From Antedon mediterranea (Eukaryota > Animalia > Echinodermata): a DNA stretch of 64,000 nucleotides. Shown one piece after another: positions 36,701 through 49,900 of this stretch (the first letter of the stretch is position 1; the number at the start of each line of letters is the position of its first letter). A model generated the notes under the pieces. It was not told where the DNA came from. It ran no database searches and saw only the letters and a list, made by a program, of their open reading frames with translations. The DNA lies in the NCBI RefSeq assembly GCF_964355755.1, contig NC_092677.1, positions 18,870,101-18,934,100 of the forward strand, given 5' to 3'. The position numbers and the translations under genes were made by a program.

Positions 36701-39352
36701 TACGCATTGGAATGTGTAGGCCTTTACGATGCACTATTCACAAAGCCTGGGCCATATAAGAAGGGAAGGTACGCATTGGAATGTGTAGGCCTTTACGATG
36801 CACTATTCACAAAGCCTGGGCAATATATGAAGGGAATAAGGTATGCATTGGAATGTGTAGGCCTTTACGATGCACTATTTACAAAGCCTGGGCCATATAT
36901 GAAGGGATTGAGGTATGCATTGGAATGTGTTGGCCCTTACGATGCACTATTCACAAAGCCTGAGCCATATATGAAGGGATTAAGGTATGCATTGGGATGT
37001 GTTGGCCCTTACGATGCACTATTCACAAAGCGTGGGCCCTGTATGAAGGGATTAAGGTATGCATTGGAATGTGTTGGCCTTTACGATGCACTATTCACAA
37101 AGCGTGGGGCCATATAAGAAGGGAATAAGGTACGCATTGGAATGTGTAGGCCTTTACGATGCACTATTCACAAAGCGTGGGGCCATATAAGAAGGGAATA
37201 AGGTACGCATTGGAATGTGTTGGCCCTTACGATGCACTATTTACAAAGCCTGGGGCCATATAAGAAGGGAATAAGGTACGCATTGGAATGTGTTGGCCCT
37301 TATGATGCACTATTCACAAAGCCTGGGGCCATATAAGAAGGGATTAAGGTATGCATTGGGATGTGTTGGCCCTTACGATGCACTATTCACAAAGCGTGGG
37401 CCATATATGAAGGGAATAAGGTATGCATTGGGATGTGTTGGCCCTTATGAAGCACTATTCACAAAGCGTGGGCCATATATGAAGGGAATAAGGTATGCAT
37501 TGGGATGTGTTGGCCCTTACGATGCACTATTGACAAAGCGTGGGCCCTGTATGAAGGGAATAAGGTATGCATTGGAATGTGTTGGCCTTTACGATGCACT
37601 ATTCACAAAGCGTGGGGCCATATAATAAGGGAATAAGGTACGCATTGGAATGTGTTGGCCCTTAAGCCATCCTGCAGCCTTTAAAAAATGTTTTTTAAAA
37701 AATTGGGTAAAGTAAAAATGATCAAAATATTAGAAAAAAATTGTATAAATAATGGTTATATGGAGCATGGCATTAAAACGGATCCAGTTTTAAAAAAACA
37801 CTTAAAGATGTATTGTCCCCCTGAAAAATAATTTTGTTTGTTGAATATGCCATTTTGTTGTCACATAATAGTTATTGACATCTACCAAAAATTGGATCAA
37901 AAAAAAATTTATTTACCTGAAAAAAATGGAATTTAAACCAAAAAGTTGTCAAATTGGCTCTACCAGCCAATGGATTTTTGGTTGAATTTAACCATTTATT
38001 TTGTCATTTTACAAGTAAAAACATTATTTTTTTCAGTTTTTTTTTTTCCTACGGAAGTGATTCACTTTATTAAAACTACAAAATAACCTCATTTAATTAA
38101 TCTTCATTTTTCATGTTTTTGGGGGACAATACATCTTTAAAAATGGTGCATGATTATAAGGATACAATTTGTTGCCTGTCACCTGGTTTCTTCTGTCGCA
38201 CTTTCTCTAGTTTCTTCTGTTCATTCAGTTCTTTATCCCGTGCAGAAAAGGATGTTTTAAGATCATCCTATCAAAATAAATATTATATTAATAAATATTA
38301 TACAGTCAATATTTAATTTTATTTATTTAATATTATCTACTCAAACTAGTACCTGTCATAAAACTAAAATAAAGAGAATATTTTATCTAGTTAACATAGT
38401 GGGCACCGCATATGGAGTACAAGCTACATTGTGTTCATAATATGCACAGTGAGCTGTAGACTGTATACAGTTGTTCTCTTTACTCATGAATCTAATTTGC
38501 CATATAGTAAGTTAATATGTATATTTTGCAATATTCAACAGTTTTTAAAAATTTAACTCGCGTTTAAAATTATAAATATGCCAGGAGTTATTAGATTGGC
38601 AGCATAAACATTCAATTTAATTTAAAAGACATGTATTTTCCTCCATAGCAATACAATACAAAATACAGAAATGATAAGGAACCAAGGTGAAAATAGAGCA
38701 GTCAATTTTAACATTAATTTGTTTTATAACACACCTACTTTTATTCAATTTACAAGGCCGGGAAGCTAGGCCATTAAAAAGGCAGTGATCCTACTTGGAA
38801 AGGTAAAGTTGTAGAAAAGTTTGGTTCATGAGGGAAAATCAGAAATGTTACTACCTTTGCATGTTTGCAGGCAGTTCCATAAAGGCTTAATGGTTGAACC
38901 ACTTTGTATTCAAGTCGTTCAACCATAGCATGCCTGTAATCTTGGACAGCAGACAATTGTTCAGCGAAGCCTGTCATACCAGCTTTTGTCGTCTGCATTT
39001 CGTTTTCTGCATACTGCAAAATTGTTTTGGATATGTCGTCACCAGCATCACGTAGCTTAGCAACCTTCCGTGAATATGTTGACATGTTTTGACAGAGAGT
39101 TGAGAAGTTTTTTTCTACATTGATGATGCGTTGCTGTGCAAATTTTGACTGATTCTCTCTGCAATTGGAGTTCAGTTTTATTTAGAATCATCAAAAATAT
39201 ATAAATAAAAACAATTACTTTACTTGTGTCTTAGACAATCATGGAGGAAATATATATTTCCTTCATGTGAGACAATCAACAACAGAATAACAATTTCAAA
39301 TACAAAATACTTATTTTTACCTTGCTCTGAGATCTGATCCTCTTTGTGTCAT
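33715..39352 (-). CDS. CIBAR1: CBY1-interacting BAR domain protein (FAM92 family), ~302 aa
   Basis: Exons 39352-39321, 39158-38855, 38267-38166, 36363-36358, 35632-35528, 34406-34293, 33960-33715 splice in frame (909 nt). Protein: MTQRGSDLRARENQSK...NVEKNF...KLRDAGD...VQDYRHAMVERLEYKVVQPL...DRQQISQAESKLQKA...VEMLFHSKCLEVYT...DLEEFRNSL, then an acidic tail, matching FAM92. Confidence 0.92.
34800..35150 (-). mobile_element. CR1-type LINE 3' end in a CIBAR intron
   Basis: VRLSKSQFFITVHGPKLWNNL motif typical of CR1 ORF2 C-termini, followed by a UTR-like AT-rich tail. Confidence 0.55.
36358..36363 (-). other. CIBAR1: 6-nt microexon TCACAG (Ser-Gln) of CIBAR1
   Basis: Minus strand CCTTAACATCACTTATTCAG|TCACAG|GTAAAT; restores the conserved I-SQ-AE sequence. 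Confidence 0.85.
36568..37664. repeat. 72-bp minisatellite, ~15 copies
   Basis: Unit GGCCTTTACGATGCACTATTCACAAAGCCTGGGCCATATAAGAAGGGAATAAGGTACGCATTGGAATGTGTA, with length variants of about 69-74 bp. Confidence 0.95.
37806..38136. mobile_element. TTAA-targeting non-autonomous element (Kolobok-like), copy 2
   Basis: TTAA|AGATGTATTGTCCCCC ... GGGGGACAATACATCT|TTAA, with perfect TIR and TSD. Confidence 0.8.
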
Positions 39353-42300
39353 CTTGAGTAAATAGGCTATAGGTCTAGGCCTATGTATTTTTGATTGTTT
39401 TCTAAATTTAAAAAAGGTAACCAAATCTTTTAATTTATATTTGAAATACTGCAGTCGACGGTGGCGACCTATAGGGCTAGGCCTACTACTACTAGCCCTA
39501 GGCTACTACTCTATCTACACAGTATAGGCCTAGGCCTACGTCGTTTGTCAGAAATTATATTTTTACTAATGTGTTGATTCATTTTTTGAATTGCAAGATA
39601 AAACTAATCAATGGCTAGGCCTAGGCCACACGAATCTGGCATCTTTTACCATGATTGTTACGCGCAGCTCAGGTCGTATTTACAGAAGATGCTAACTACT
39701 AGGCTAGGCCTAACTAAAAGCCTACGACTATTTACTACTATTTTAGGCCTAATAAGGCGAGCTATAGTTAGAGGATAGATGATAGATAGGCCTAGTGCCT
39801 AAACTAATAGGCATACAATAGTATACTGTATCAACCCGTTATAACTTTACTTTAATAGACATCTTTATACACGAAAACTTACCAAATTACGGTAAAGAAT
39901 GTTACCGAAACTGTTGCTTTTTGTATTTGTTTGGGGTTTTTTTTCGTCTTTGCGCCCTCTACAGATTTAGAAAAGTTGGATTGGTACGGTACGTTCGATC
40001 CCCTAGCTCCATCCATGTTATTGGGGTTTGGTTAAAGATAATTTCTTGTCGTATTCGATTGGGACTTTTACCCTTCAGTATAGTTTTTCCGTTAATTACT
40101 CATTTAACGGATCGGAGTATTTTGAGCGTTGAGATTTTTCTTAACGAAAAAACCTGCGTTGTTAACGTTTTCTATTCGAATGATTATTTATTGAGTAACT
40201 TCCATCTGGAATCAGTAGACATGTTTAAATGTGTACTATCCCCCAAATAAAACCTTGAAGGTCATTTCTAAATACTTAATGAAGAATGACTCTTAGCTAT
40301 AATAAGCTTTTGTAAATAAATAATGATTTCGCTTATAGAAGGAAACAAATAAACCGTTTTTGTTGTTGGTAAATATAGATTTTTTTTTTTGAAAATTGTT
40401 ATTGAAATTATAACCTAATAATTTTTTTTTCAGGGGGACAACATATTTTATAAGTGGATAAAAATATTGTCTGACAAATATAAATCCTCTAAATGTGGCG
40501 TTAGTTGTGTGATTAATTAATAGTATGAATAATCGGCGGTATAAATACGGAGAAAGATTGATTTTCGGCGTACATTAGCGTGTAGGGAGACCAGCTTTGG
40601 AACAATTCAGGTATGAGTTATAAATAAAGTACAAACGAATTTAGCTGATCGATACTGTCATTATTTTGTACTTGTCGCGTCGGAAGCTAGACCGACATTA
40701 TACCATATATGGCATTTAGTTACCCGTTTTTCTCTAAAGCTGGTCGCAACGCAAACATAGGCGTAACGCGTAATAACGAGTTAGTTTACCAATACAAACA
40801 ACAGTTCGGATGATCCATCGCGTTGTGATTGGTTAAATTACCTGCGATGCACTTACGTCCCCATGTGAGAAACTCTCATGCGCAATACCGTAGGCCTACT
40901 GTTTATTAAGAAAGCTGTTTGTTTTGCCCGGCGTGTATTCCGTGAGATAATCGGGAGAGGCTATTCAATGATCAACAGACAAATGGGATTTTGAAAAATG
41001 TACCGTTACGTTAAATCAATTGTTTAGGGTACTGTGATTACATATAGGATTTTGCATCACTAATAATCCATGATTATAACTTCAGAATAGCACTGAGGTT
41101 AACCTATTACCGTACTGATATCTTTTTGAAAGAGGACCGATTTATTAGTCAACTCAAGGTAATCCTAACGGGTTCTGATTAAAAACCACGTCCTTTCAAT
41201 ATGTATGCATTTTTGTATTCATGGGATGGTTTAGGCTTAGCTTCGTTTTCTTTTCATCAGATAACTTAATGACATAGGGTAGGTGAACTAAAAATAATCG
41301 AATTGGAACGGCCTCCTACGCAAGTTTTTAAGACCGGTGGATAGAACTTATTTTGTGAATTTGGTCTAGTTTTGTAGGTGGATTAGGGACAAGTCAAGGT
41401 CAGGGAGTGGAGTTAAAAATCTTACTTTTGTATAATTTGCCTTTAATTGTTCAAAGAGAAGTTCAAAAAGCCATGGAAAACATGTTTATTCCAATAAACC
41501 AATAAACACGCGATCAATTTGAGGATAATCTTTTTATTTTATATAAGTGTAATTCAATATCAAATATTGTGATATATTAAAAACTTTTTACTGTTAACAT
41601 ATTTTTTCAAGATTAGTATACATGTGCGAGTCGATTATACACAAAATGATGTTTATGCACAATAAAAGAACATGTCTACCAAATTAATCATAATTGTTTC
41701 TTTTTAATTCTAAAATAGTAGCTTTTATTGGGAATGTTTGAAATGAACTTAAATGAATCGGTTTATTTATAATTAGCTTTTCTTTTTAAATGATCTGACA
41801 TAACAAAATTCTATGATATAGGGCCTAAGGTCGGGGGAAACTTTCTTGCGCTGGAAAAAAAACATCTTGTTTCGAATAAGTCGATCTTATTTTTAAACTT
41901 AATTTAAGCGGCAACCGTTAGGCATACGTCAGTTTGTTTTCATTTAGGCCTATCATAGGTTTTATCCATTCACAAAGGGTAAAGATACCAAATAGAACAG
42001 TTTTGTAACTGTACAAGATGTGCCGCCTGATTTAACCTCTTGTTCTATAAGATAGGAGGGCCTGAGTTCCCAAAAGGTCGAAAACATTCAAACGAAGATT
42101 TGTTTTCTCTAATTGTTGATGCGTAACGAAAGGTATGGGAAGTTCTATGTTCCTTTACGCTTTAACTAATACCAATTAGTTTAATTTAGTAAGATAAACT
42201 TGTTATGAATCATATCATATCAACAAAATAACGAATGTGGAATGAACCGTCTTCTGATGTCTTGTAAAATGTCTGTAAACAACTTTACTGTTTTGTTGTC

Positions 42301-43723
42301 TTCCACCTGAACCAATTTGAGATATTTTCTTAGCGCGGATGCTGTGGCATCAATTTCATCAGCTCAAGATGGTGCAGGCATACCAATCGGCTAGATTGCT
42401 TATTGTTTTTGGAAGAAACTTAGGCTAACATTCATAGTTGAATTCACAAATTATAGGCTTAGATATTTTGTTTTGATTGCTAATAATACTAGTAAACTCG
42501 TAATTCAATAGTATTTGTAGGCTTTTTTTGTAGCAGTATAAACGTGGCAAAATCCCGGTAATTAAATTGGCTAATTACGTTAATGAACGTCATTATGGCG
42601 CTGATCATTGCATTTGTACTTATAATATATAGTTTACTTTAGTTTTGTATTGTTGAATTCATCACGGATCGTACATGACCTGGGTGTACTACTCAAACAA
42701 CACCATTAACTTCACAATTTCATCTTTATTTTATTTATTAAAAAATCCAATGCTGCGGTTAAATACATTAATTGACTATAATAGTTAATACACAAACACG
42801 CGAAGATGAGTTATAGATAGAATTAATGGCTATGTTCCAGTTGATTGAATTTAACAATAAAGACTTATCTTACTTTAGACAAACCTTTAGAAAATCTGGC
42901 GCCTCACTGTCTGCTATCAGGTAAACAATTTCTATACTTTTCGTTCTATTTTGACTATAGTTATTTTCTTCTTGTGAAATTACTTACAATAGTTTCTGGC
43001 TTATTGTGAGTAAATCTCAGTTCCTTTAAAAATCGCATTCAATGAACCAGAACTAGATGTTTTAAAAAGCCAAGCCTAAAAGGTATTCTCCATTGAATTA
43101 TTTTAAAGGATTTGTGGAGGTAAAAAGAGACAGCAAAAATCATTGATTTGTGAAGGTTAACTAATCTATACGAAATCAAGATAGGGCCTACATCTAAACA
43201 AAACCTTTTGAGATATGATGCGTATTACACATACGCAGCTCAAAACGTTATCAGGGAGAGTGAAATGATTATCATTTCTCTCTCTCCTAAAGTTGTCTTT
43301 CAATAAAAGTGAATGAAATGAAATTCATTTCGATTAGTGTGGTACCGCCCAATGGTTTAGAAGTCAGGTTAACGGCTTGAGTATAGTCGAGGCCCGTGAA
43401 GAATGTAAATGTATCAGCTTATCTTTCAAAACATTTTCCAACTTGATTCCTTGCCATATAAAACTATAATTCCGATTATTACCATTATTATATGCATACA
43501 AGTTATGATACATGATAGTGCAGATTGATTGATTGATTCTTTTATTTTTCACAAACATTCATAAAAATATAAATAAAAGATTAAGTACAATAAAGTGTGA
43601 AAAACAGGATAACCACAAGCAAGCAAAGCTTTTAATCTGTGGCACCCTAACTTAAAATATAAATTTACAAATATATTACAAAAATGTTTTCATGTAGTAA
43701 ATAAATGAAGGAAAATACAACGT

Positions 43724-43730
<7 letters not shown>

Positions 43731-43762
<32 letters not shown>
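43731..43762. repeat. (TA)16 microsatellite
   Basis: Directly visible. Confidence 0.9.
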
Positions 43763-43767
<5 letters not shown>

Positions 43768-45397
43768 CAGTCTCAGAATATATACGAAAATGTAATTAAT
43801 TAAGTTAAAGTTAGACATATTTTACAAATGTAGTTTTCGCAAAGATATATTGTTTTTTTATAACTATTAATGCATTTATTTAGTAATAGTTTTTTAAATA
43901 TTGATATGGTTCCAGAAATTGAACGAAGTGTTACGTCATCGATCGTATGCAAGTAGCATAAAATACTGTATACAATATCTTAGCAACCATAGGCCCACAT
44001 AAGTCTTGATCATAAAGTCATTCTTTTCGACACAACATCATCAGCAATATAAATAGCATAGGTATTGTCATCATCTATATCATCATAATTATTATAATTA
44101 TAATCAGGTCAGGTTATTTGTCATGTCATCTTTAATATTAATTTAATCAATCCAAGAAGTTATAAATACCCAGTTATAGAGGCATATTATTCAATTGATA
44201 TGAAGAAGCAACTTAATGATTCTATAATGTTTTGTATTATTATTTCTGAGGAAACTACGTCAATATATTCTACTTTATGTATGAACAACTACGCTTGAGA
44301 ACGAAACGATAATGAATAAAGTACAGTATCCATGATAATCATACACGATGGAAACACTGTTAAATACAAACAATTCCAGATGACACAGACCATGATGAAT
44401 AACAATAGCGTTAGCGATGATTTTATTTATCATACTCAATGTTACTTGGAGGCCTACCTAGGTTTGTGGGAAGAATACTATCATGCTACGTTTTTCTGTT
44501 TACTATTTTTCTTTTGGATACCCGTGTGGATGTTTGCCACAGTTTCAAAAGTGTAACTTCCAAATACAAGTAGTGACGTCACGCTACGAATTGTTGATGA
44601 GGACTGTGACATCTGTCGTTTGTCATTATACGGGTATGCATTGCTGATGTGCGACAGATCTGGCTAATAAGAATTAAATTTAAGCAGTTAGGCCTAGACC
44701 TATACATGTATAAAGGCTAGCCCGAAAGAAACAACAAATGCAAAAAAAAATTACAAAGATCTCATTTTGAAAATCAATTTGATGATTTGGCTATTTCTGG
44801 TAGAATTCTATATTATATATTTTTTTGTATCAAGGAAGAGTGATATTATAACTTTAACTGCAATTTTAAAAATGACTACTTTAAATGATATTAAATTAAA
44901 TGTTAGTATATGTTTTATCTCTTCCCGTTAAATCGGATATAGAGCCGGCCCTAAATGGGGGAAATGAAAACGAACATGTACTAAAAAAGGCTTGGTACAA
45001 AGTTACTATTCATTTTCATTTATGATTTCCCAAATCTTACCAAGAATAGTTAGGTCCTAATTTAAGGATATATATTGCTAGACATTGATGACGATAAGAC
45101 GGAGTAACAGCAATCGTGCTGTGGAAACAGTTTGGCCAGGATCGTGAGGCATGACGGGATCTCATCACGGTTGGCACAGCTGCCCGTACGCGTATCAAGA
45201 AAAAGGTCGAAGTGCAGTAGTGTATTTCAGACGAGGGTAGTCTTTATTGCCGAAGCTTTTATTCGAGGCAAAGGTCATCATTTGGAAGAAGGAGGGTCAA
45301 TAGCATACGTTTATAATATGTACAGTACTTCATTTCGTCATATTTCCTCGATATTTGATCAAACACATAATTTATAAATAATAACAATTGATAGAAA

Positions 45398-45870
45398 AGA
45401 TTCAAGATTCAAGATTCAAGAAATTTTATTTGTCCATAAAATGGAAATTCACTTTGCTTGGTAGATTAAAACAACAGTATTGCAACAATTTAAAAACGTG
45501 CAGTATTATAACAGATTAAAAATACAAGATAAAAAGTTAAAAATACTGTTAAAAATGTAAAACTATTAAAAATTGCATTAACGTCTTACATTAGAATTAA
45601 AAATATGAATGCTATTTACAACGAAGGATTTTCTAGTTCTACAATGATTTGCTCTTGGAGGTCGTAGCCTAATGCCTGATCTATTTAAGTTATAACAGTA
45701 ATGTAACGGATGAGTGGGGTCTTTCATAATATTGTTAACTTTTTTTAGAATACTCTTTTCATAGATAAATGAACAAGGCGTTAGATCAGCTTTAATAATA
45801 CGTTGTGCAATTTTACGTGGTCTCTCAATATTTTTCTTATCATTTTCAGTAAAGTTACCGCAATTCATGA
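45398..45870 (-). mobile_element. LINE 3' end (Rex1/Babar- or L2-like)
   Basis: ORF end IMKDPTHPLHYCYNLNRSGIRLR...RTRKSFVVNSIHIFN matches the DPSHPLH...SGRR...RT.R..SF motif; tail (TCTTGAA)3 at 45398-45421. Confidence 0.7.
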
Positions 45871-46894
45871 TTATGTTATTTTGAAATGTATTTATTATAT
45901 TATTTGAAATTCACACGTTAGATATTGGTCTACAATGCTAATCATATTCAAATCATAATCATAAATGTAACTATACAAAATTTCTTTAATGAAAATAAAC
46001 TATCATAATAAAAGTAATATTGTAAGTCTAGAAAACAATAATTTTCTTCATAAAAGCTGATTTATGATCAACAATGTGTAGGCCTACAATCCTGTGTTTG
46101 TTAATTCCATGTGTTATAGTCAGCCTTCCGGCCCTATGAATAGAATGAATATCTTTACCACACTGAATTCACTTTTAACCGCGATTACTTCCGACAATCC
46201 AAAGGATGTTCCTTCCATAAATTCTTCTAAACATCTTAAAATTAAGTCGGAATCAAGCAGATATCAAAATAAGCTTAAAGTATTTTATACATGAATAGGT
46301 ACTTGACCCTCTGTTTACAATGCATGCAGTATGTTAAGTAGTTCAGGTAAAACTTGTGTAATTTCGTTTTTCCATATGTTCCAACATTTAAGACATTCAC
46401 TGGTGTAAACAATGTGTTGTTTTTCATATTCTACCATGTGTATTGAAGATTCAATGTCATGTACCAACATGATACACCGCTTACATTCTATCATGGTGCA
46501 TTTCTCATCATCTTTATGTTCAAATCCAAACAGATTTTAAATAATTTTATATTACCGTAGGCCTATATATACAGCATTATAACTCGTCTATAAAAACAGT
46601 ATGGTAATTATTTTTGGAGGAACAATATCTCATCGTCGCATAAATCAAGGAAAAATAAAATCGATAGTGAGATTCGAACCGGAAACATGCTAAATATAAG
46701 TACGTGAACTATGACACATTTCGGCTTTCTTAATTCATGGTACCTCCATGGTTGATGTTAGTCAACTTTTATCCATTTTCCTTGTTAGGTTAGGATTACC
46801 GTAGGCCTCATCCATGAAGTCTGTAAGTGTAACCCTAAATTGGCTAATCACATAAGTCAGTGAAACGAATTCACATTATTTTAGTTGGTTAAAT

Positions 46895-46914
46895 CATGGA
46901 GCTATAGCTCCATG
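46895..46914. mobile_element. P-element-like excision footprint (20-bp palindrome with 7-bp TSD)
   Basis: GTTAAAT|CATGGAGCTATAGCTCCATG|GTTAAAT. Confidence 0.55.
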
Positions 46915-49900
46915 GTTAAATGGTAAACCGTATCCAAACCCATGCACAAAAATGAAGTAAACCATCACCAATAATGTACGGTAAGTTTGTAGGCCTAACA
47001 CTCTGAGAAATAACAAACCTCAACTTTCTATTAAATTACAATAATAGGAAGAATTTCGACTTATTAATACAATTGTTTACAAATAGATTACCGTATTGGG
47101 CCTAATTTAAATAGATTAAAATCGTTGTTAAAATAAATGTGTGAAATGTATTACTGATCTACAGTATTTCAGAATGGATGAGAATTGCCAGAGATTAAAT
47201 ATTGACTTTAATAATTCAAAGTTTTGGATCAAGCCTATGAATGGCACGCTAATATTTGCATTATAGTATAAATTTGTAATGTATAACAAGGCGATTATTA
47301 AATGCAAACATTAGCATAAAAAATTAAACCATCTCTCTATAATGGTTCACACAATATGGATAGTAAATACTCAAAAGAAACCAGCAACCGTGATTATACT
47401 GACATATTCAAAATGATGTATTATTAAATTCTACAAATTCTGAATTTTAGTTTAATTATTGAATACTGAGAGTGTTGTTATTTTTTATTTATTGACGACC
47501 AGGTATCTAGACGTAATTATTGCGAACAATGCAATATTTTAAGAGTTATTTTCTAAGGTAAATGTGAAACGATTTTGAGGTGGGAGTGATCCAACTAGAT
47601 TCTTGTTACATTCCTTTTCATGTTTGGTTAAAAAGCTATTAACGATGATTCGCAAATCTAACCTGGATGACAACAACAAAAGGTGAGATTCGGTTCAGCA
47701 ATCGCCCCTTGCACATTTCATGAAAAGCATCTGACATTAGTGTGAACAAAACGTGGATTAGTCTGATGAATGGACAACTGAACAGGCAGACCGCTTTCTT
47801 TCCCAGATTATCAGTGAAGCAGTGCACTATTGTCCAAAACCATTCAACAACAACACAAAACACAAAAGACCCATAAAACGAAATATTTTGATACCACTGA
47901 ACTCAAGGAATTTCTATCGTAGCGAAAATAACTGATTACTATTAGGCCTGTGCTTTTGTAAAATTAAAAATGGCGTATTATTATGATTCATCATCACTAC
48001 AAATAGTAAATCTATATTTTATGACGCAGAAAAATCTTGCCTAGTATTTCTAATGAATTAGAAAGAAAACAGCTTGCTGAACTGATACAAACAAAAAACA
48101 TAATTTATTATTATGTCATTTGTGATGAAACATGAATAATTGTGTTAATAGTTTTATCTATCTCTATCGGTACTAGGCCCCCAAATAATAACGATTATTA
48201 TTATTGGTTTGTAACTATTTTATAGTAGGCCTATATGATTGTTCAGGCATAGAGAAACCGATAGCCTAAACTACCCGGTGACAAATTAATTAATTGTTGA
48301 AATCTGTGAGATAAAAGCGGCCCCGACCGAGATTCGAACTCAAAATCTGTTTGAAATGCAGAAAATGGTTTAAATTTAAATTCGATTGAAATTTTTTATT
48401 ATTATAACTGTATTAATAATTGCTTTATTATTAATAATCTACATATTTAGATATTTGGGTTTTTTTTCTTGTTTTTTTTATCTTAATCTTACTGGATTGT
48501 AAGACCTACAATATATATCTTCTTCACAATAATCTCTTTTACAGTCTAATACAATTAATTACTTGTATTAGTTCTAAAGGAACCAATATATACCAACGAT
48601 TTCCTCATAACTTTCCATTGTATATACAGTATTTCATTTCTATCAGTTTAAAACAAGCAAGGACAATTATTTCTGAATGAACCAAGAATTGACCAATTCC
48701 CTGAAATTGACGACGGAATAACAATGTGTTACAAACTTGTTTAATTGATGCATGCTATTAACGCTTAGTTTTTAATTAATTAATCAATCAATTAGAATAA
48801 AGGTTTGATATCTATACAATCGCAATTACCTTTGTTTGTCAAATTAATTAAAGATACATTTATTTTTTATGATATTTCTGTTTTGATGTATTTTACTAGA
48901 TATCTAAAATCAATTCTTAATATTAAAATATGCAAATTATAAAATCAGTGTTTGATTCGCATTCGATTTATTACCTGATCGTTAAATTTATATCATAAAT
49001 TTAAATTATAATCCTATGAGCCGCTTTTACCTATAGGCCTAATACTGTAACTGTTCATTGATATTTGCATACGTTATCAATTTCTTTGTCATATTTAATG
49101 AGAAACAACCATATGGTGATTCCCTTTCATTATAATGATTCTTAAATAAACATAGAAAATGGTGGCTGTTGTTGTATCAGTAATTGACCAGTTTTTAGAG
49201 CCCAATCGCAACAAAAAACCTAAATAAATGTGGTTTAGGTGTCGGTCGTAACTGACTGGGTTTAACTCGTACCTTGTGCTGCTGAAATTGCCAATCTTCC
49301 GGTAAACATTAAAAATATACTGTTGGCCAGAACCCATGGGCCTACTATTTTAAGTCATGATACTGCATTATTAATTATTAGTATTAAATGCACCCATGGA
49401 GATTTAATAAGTATAGACTAACCAAACCAATAATAGTGCTGAATGATGTTAGAATAAAGAATTTCTTATATCTAAAAATATGTTAAACTTGTTGAATTAT
49501 GTGTGTGTATGAACACATGCATTACGTTACATTGTACCTCAATTTGATATACTGTATAAATAATACAGTATACCGTGGGGACACACTGTAGCATGTTTCT
49601 GTATATGACGTGGGTGTAAATTGTGAACCATGACAATACCTTCATTTCCCATCACCAAAGTAACACCATATTATTAAATTATAAAACAATCTTTTTATTT
49701 GAAATCATACTGTGTTATGCCATCACCATTATTTATTGCCATCCACCACCATAACCATGAATATACCAGTACTTTACCGTTAAATTAAACTTGAGTTTTT
49801 CCTTCCTATTTCAATAGGCCCTACTCGGTATATCGCAACAGCCTTCATAATTGAACAAAAATCTCCATTCACCAAAATCAAAAATAACTTAATAAGTAAG

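Larger units (their letters stand above)
36364..38165 (-). other. CIBAR1: U12-type (minor spliceosome) GT-AG intron
   Basis: Donor GTATCCTTA; branch site CCTTAAC (36377-36383) about 13 nt from the AG. Confidence 0.88.

Noticed and set aside
36515-37625. 200-aa and 111-aa repetitive ORFs
   Set aside because: They are translations of the 72-bp minisatellite, antisense within a CIBAR intron; later units frameshift.
36568-37664. CRISPR-like array
   Set aside because: Whole units repeat with no unique spacers, no cas genes are present, and the context is eukaryotic.
39901-39911. RFX X-box for the ciliary CIBAR gene (GTTACCGAAAC)
   Set aside because: Only a partial match with non-standard spacing.
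44295-44312. TTGAGAACGAAACG, resembling a hammerhead core
   Set aside because: No stem II or stem I pairing.
45085-45300. GC-rich island with short open frames
   Set aside because: No recognisable domain or convincing splice-site pair; it could be a TE fragment or enhancer but cannot be supported.
48318-48345. tRNA 3'-half-like sequence (minus strand GAGTTCGAATCTCGGTCGGGGCC); similar at ~46665-46682
   Set aside because: Only a B box/T-arm fragment with no 5' half; likely a SINE remnant.
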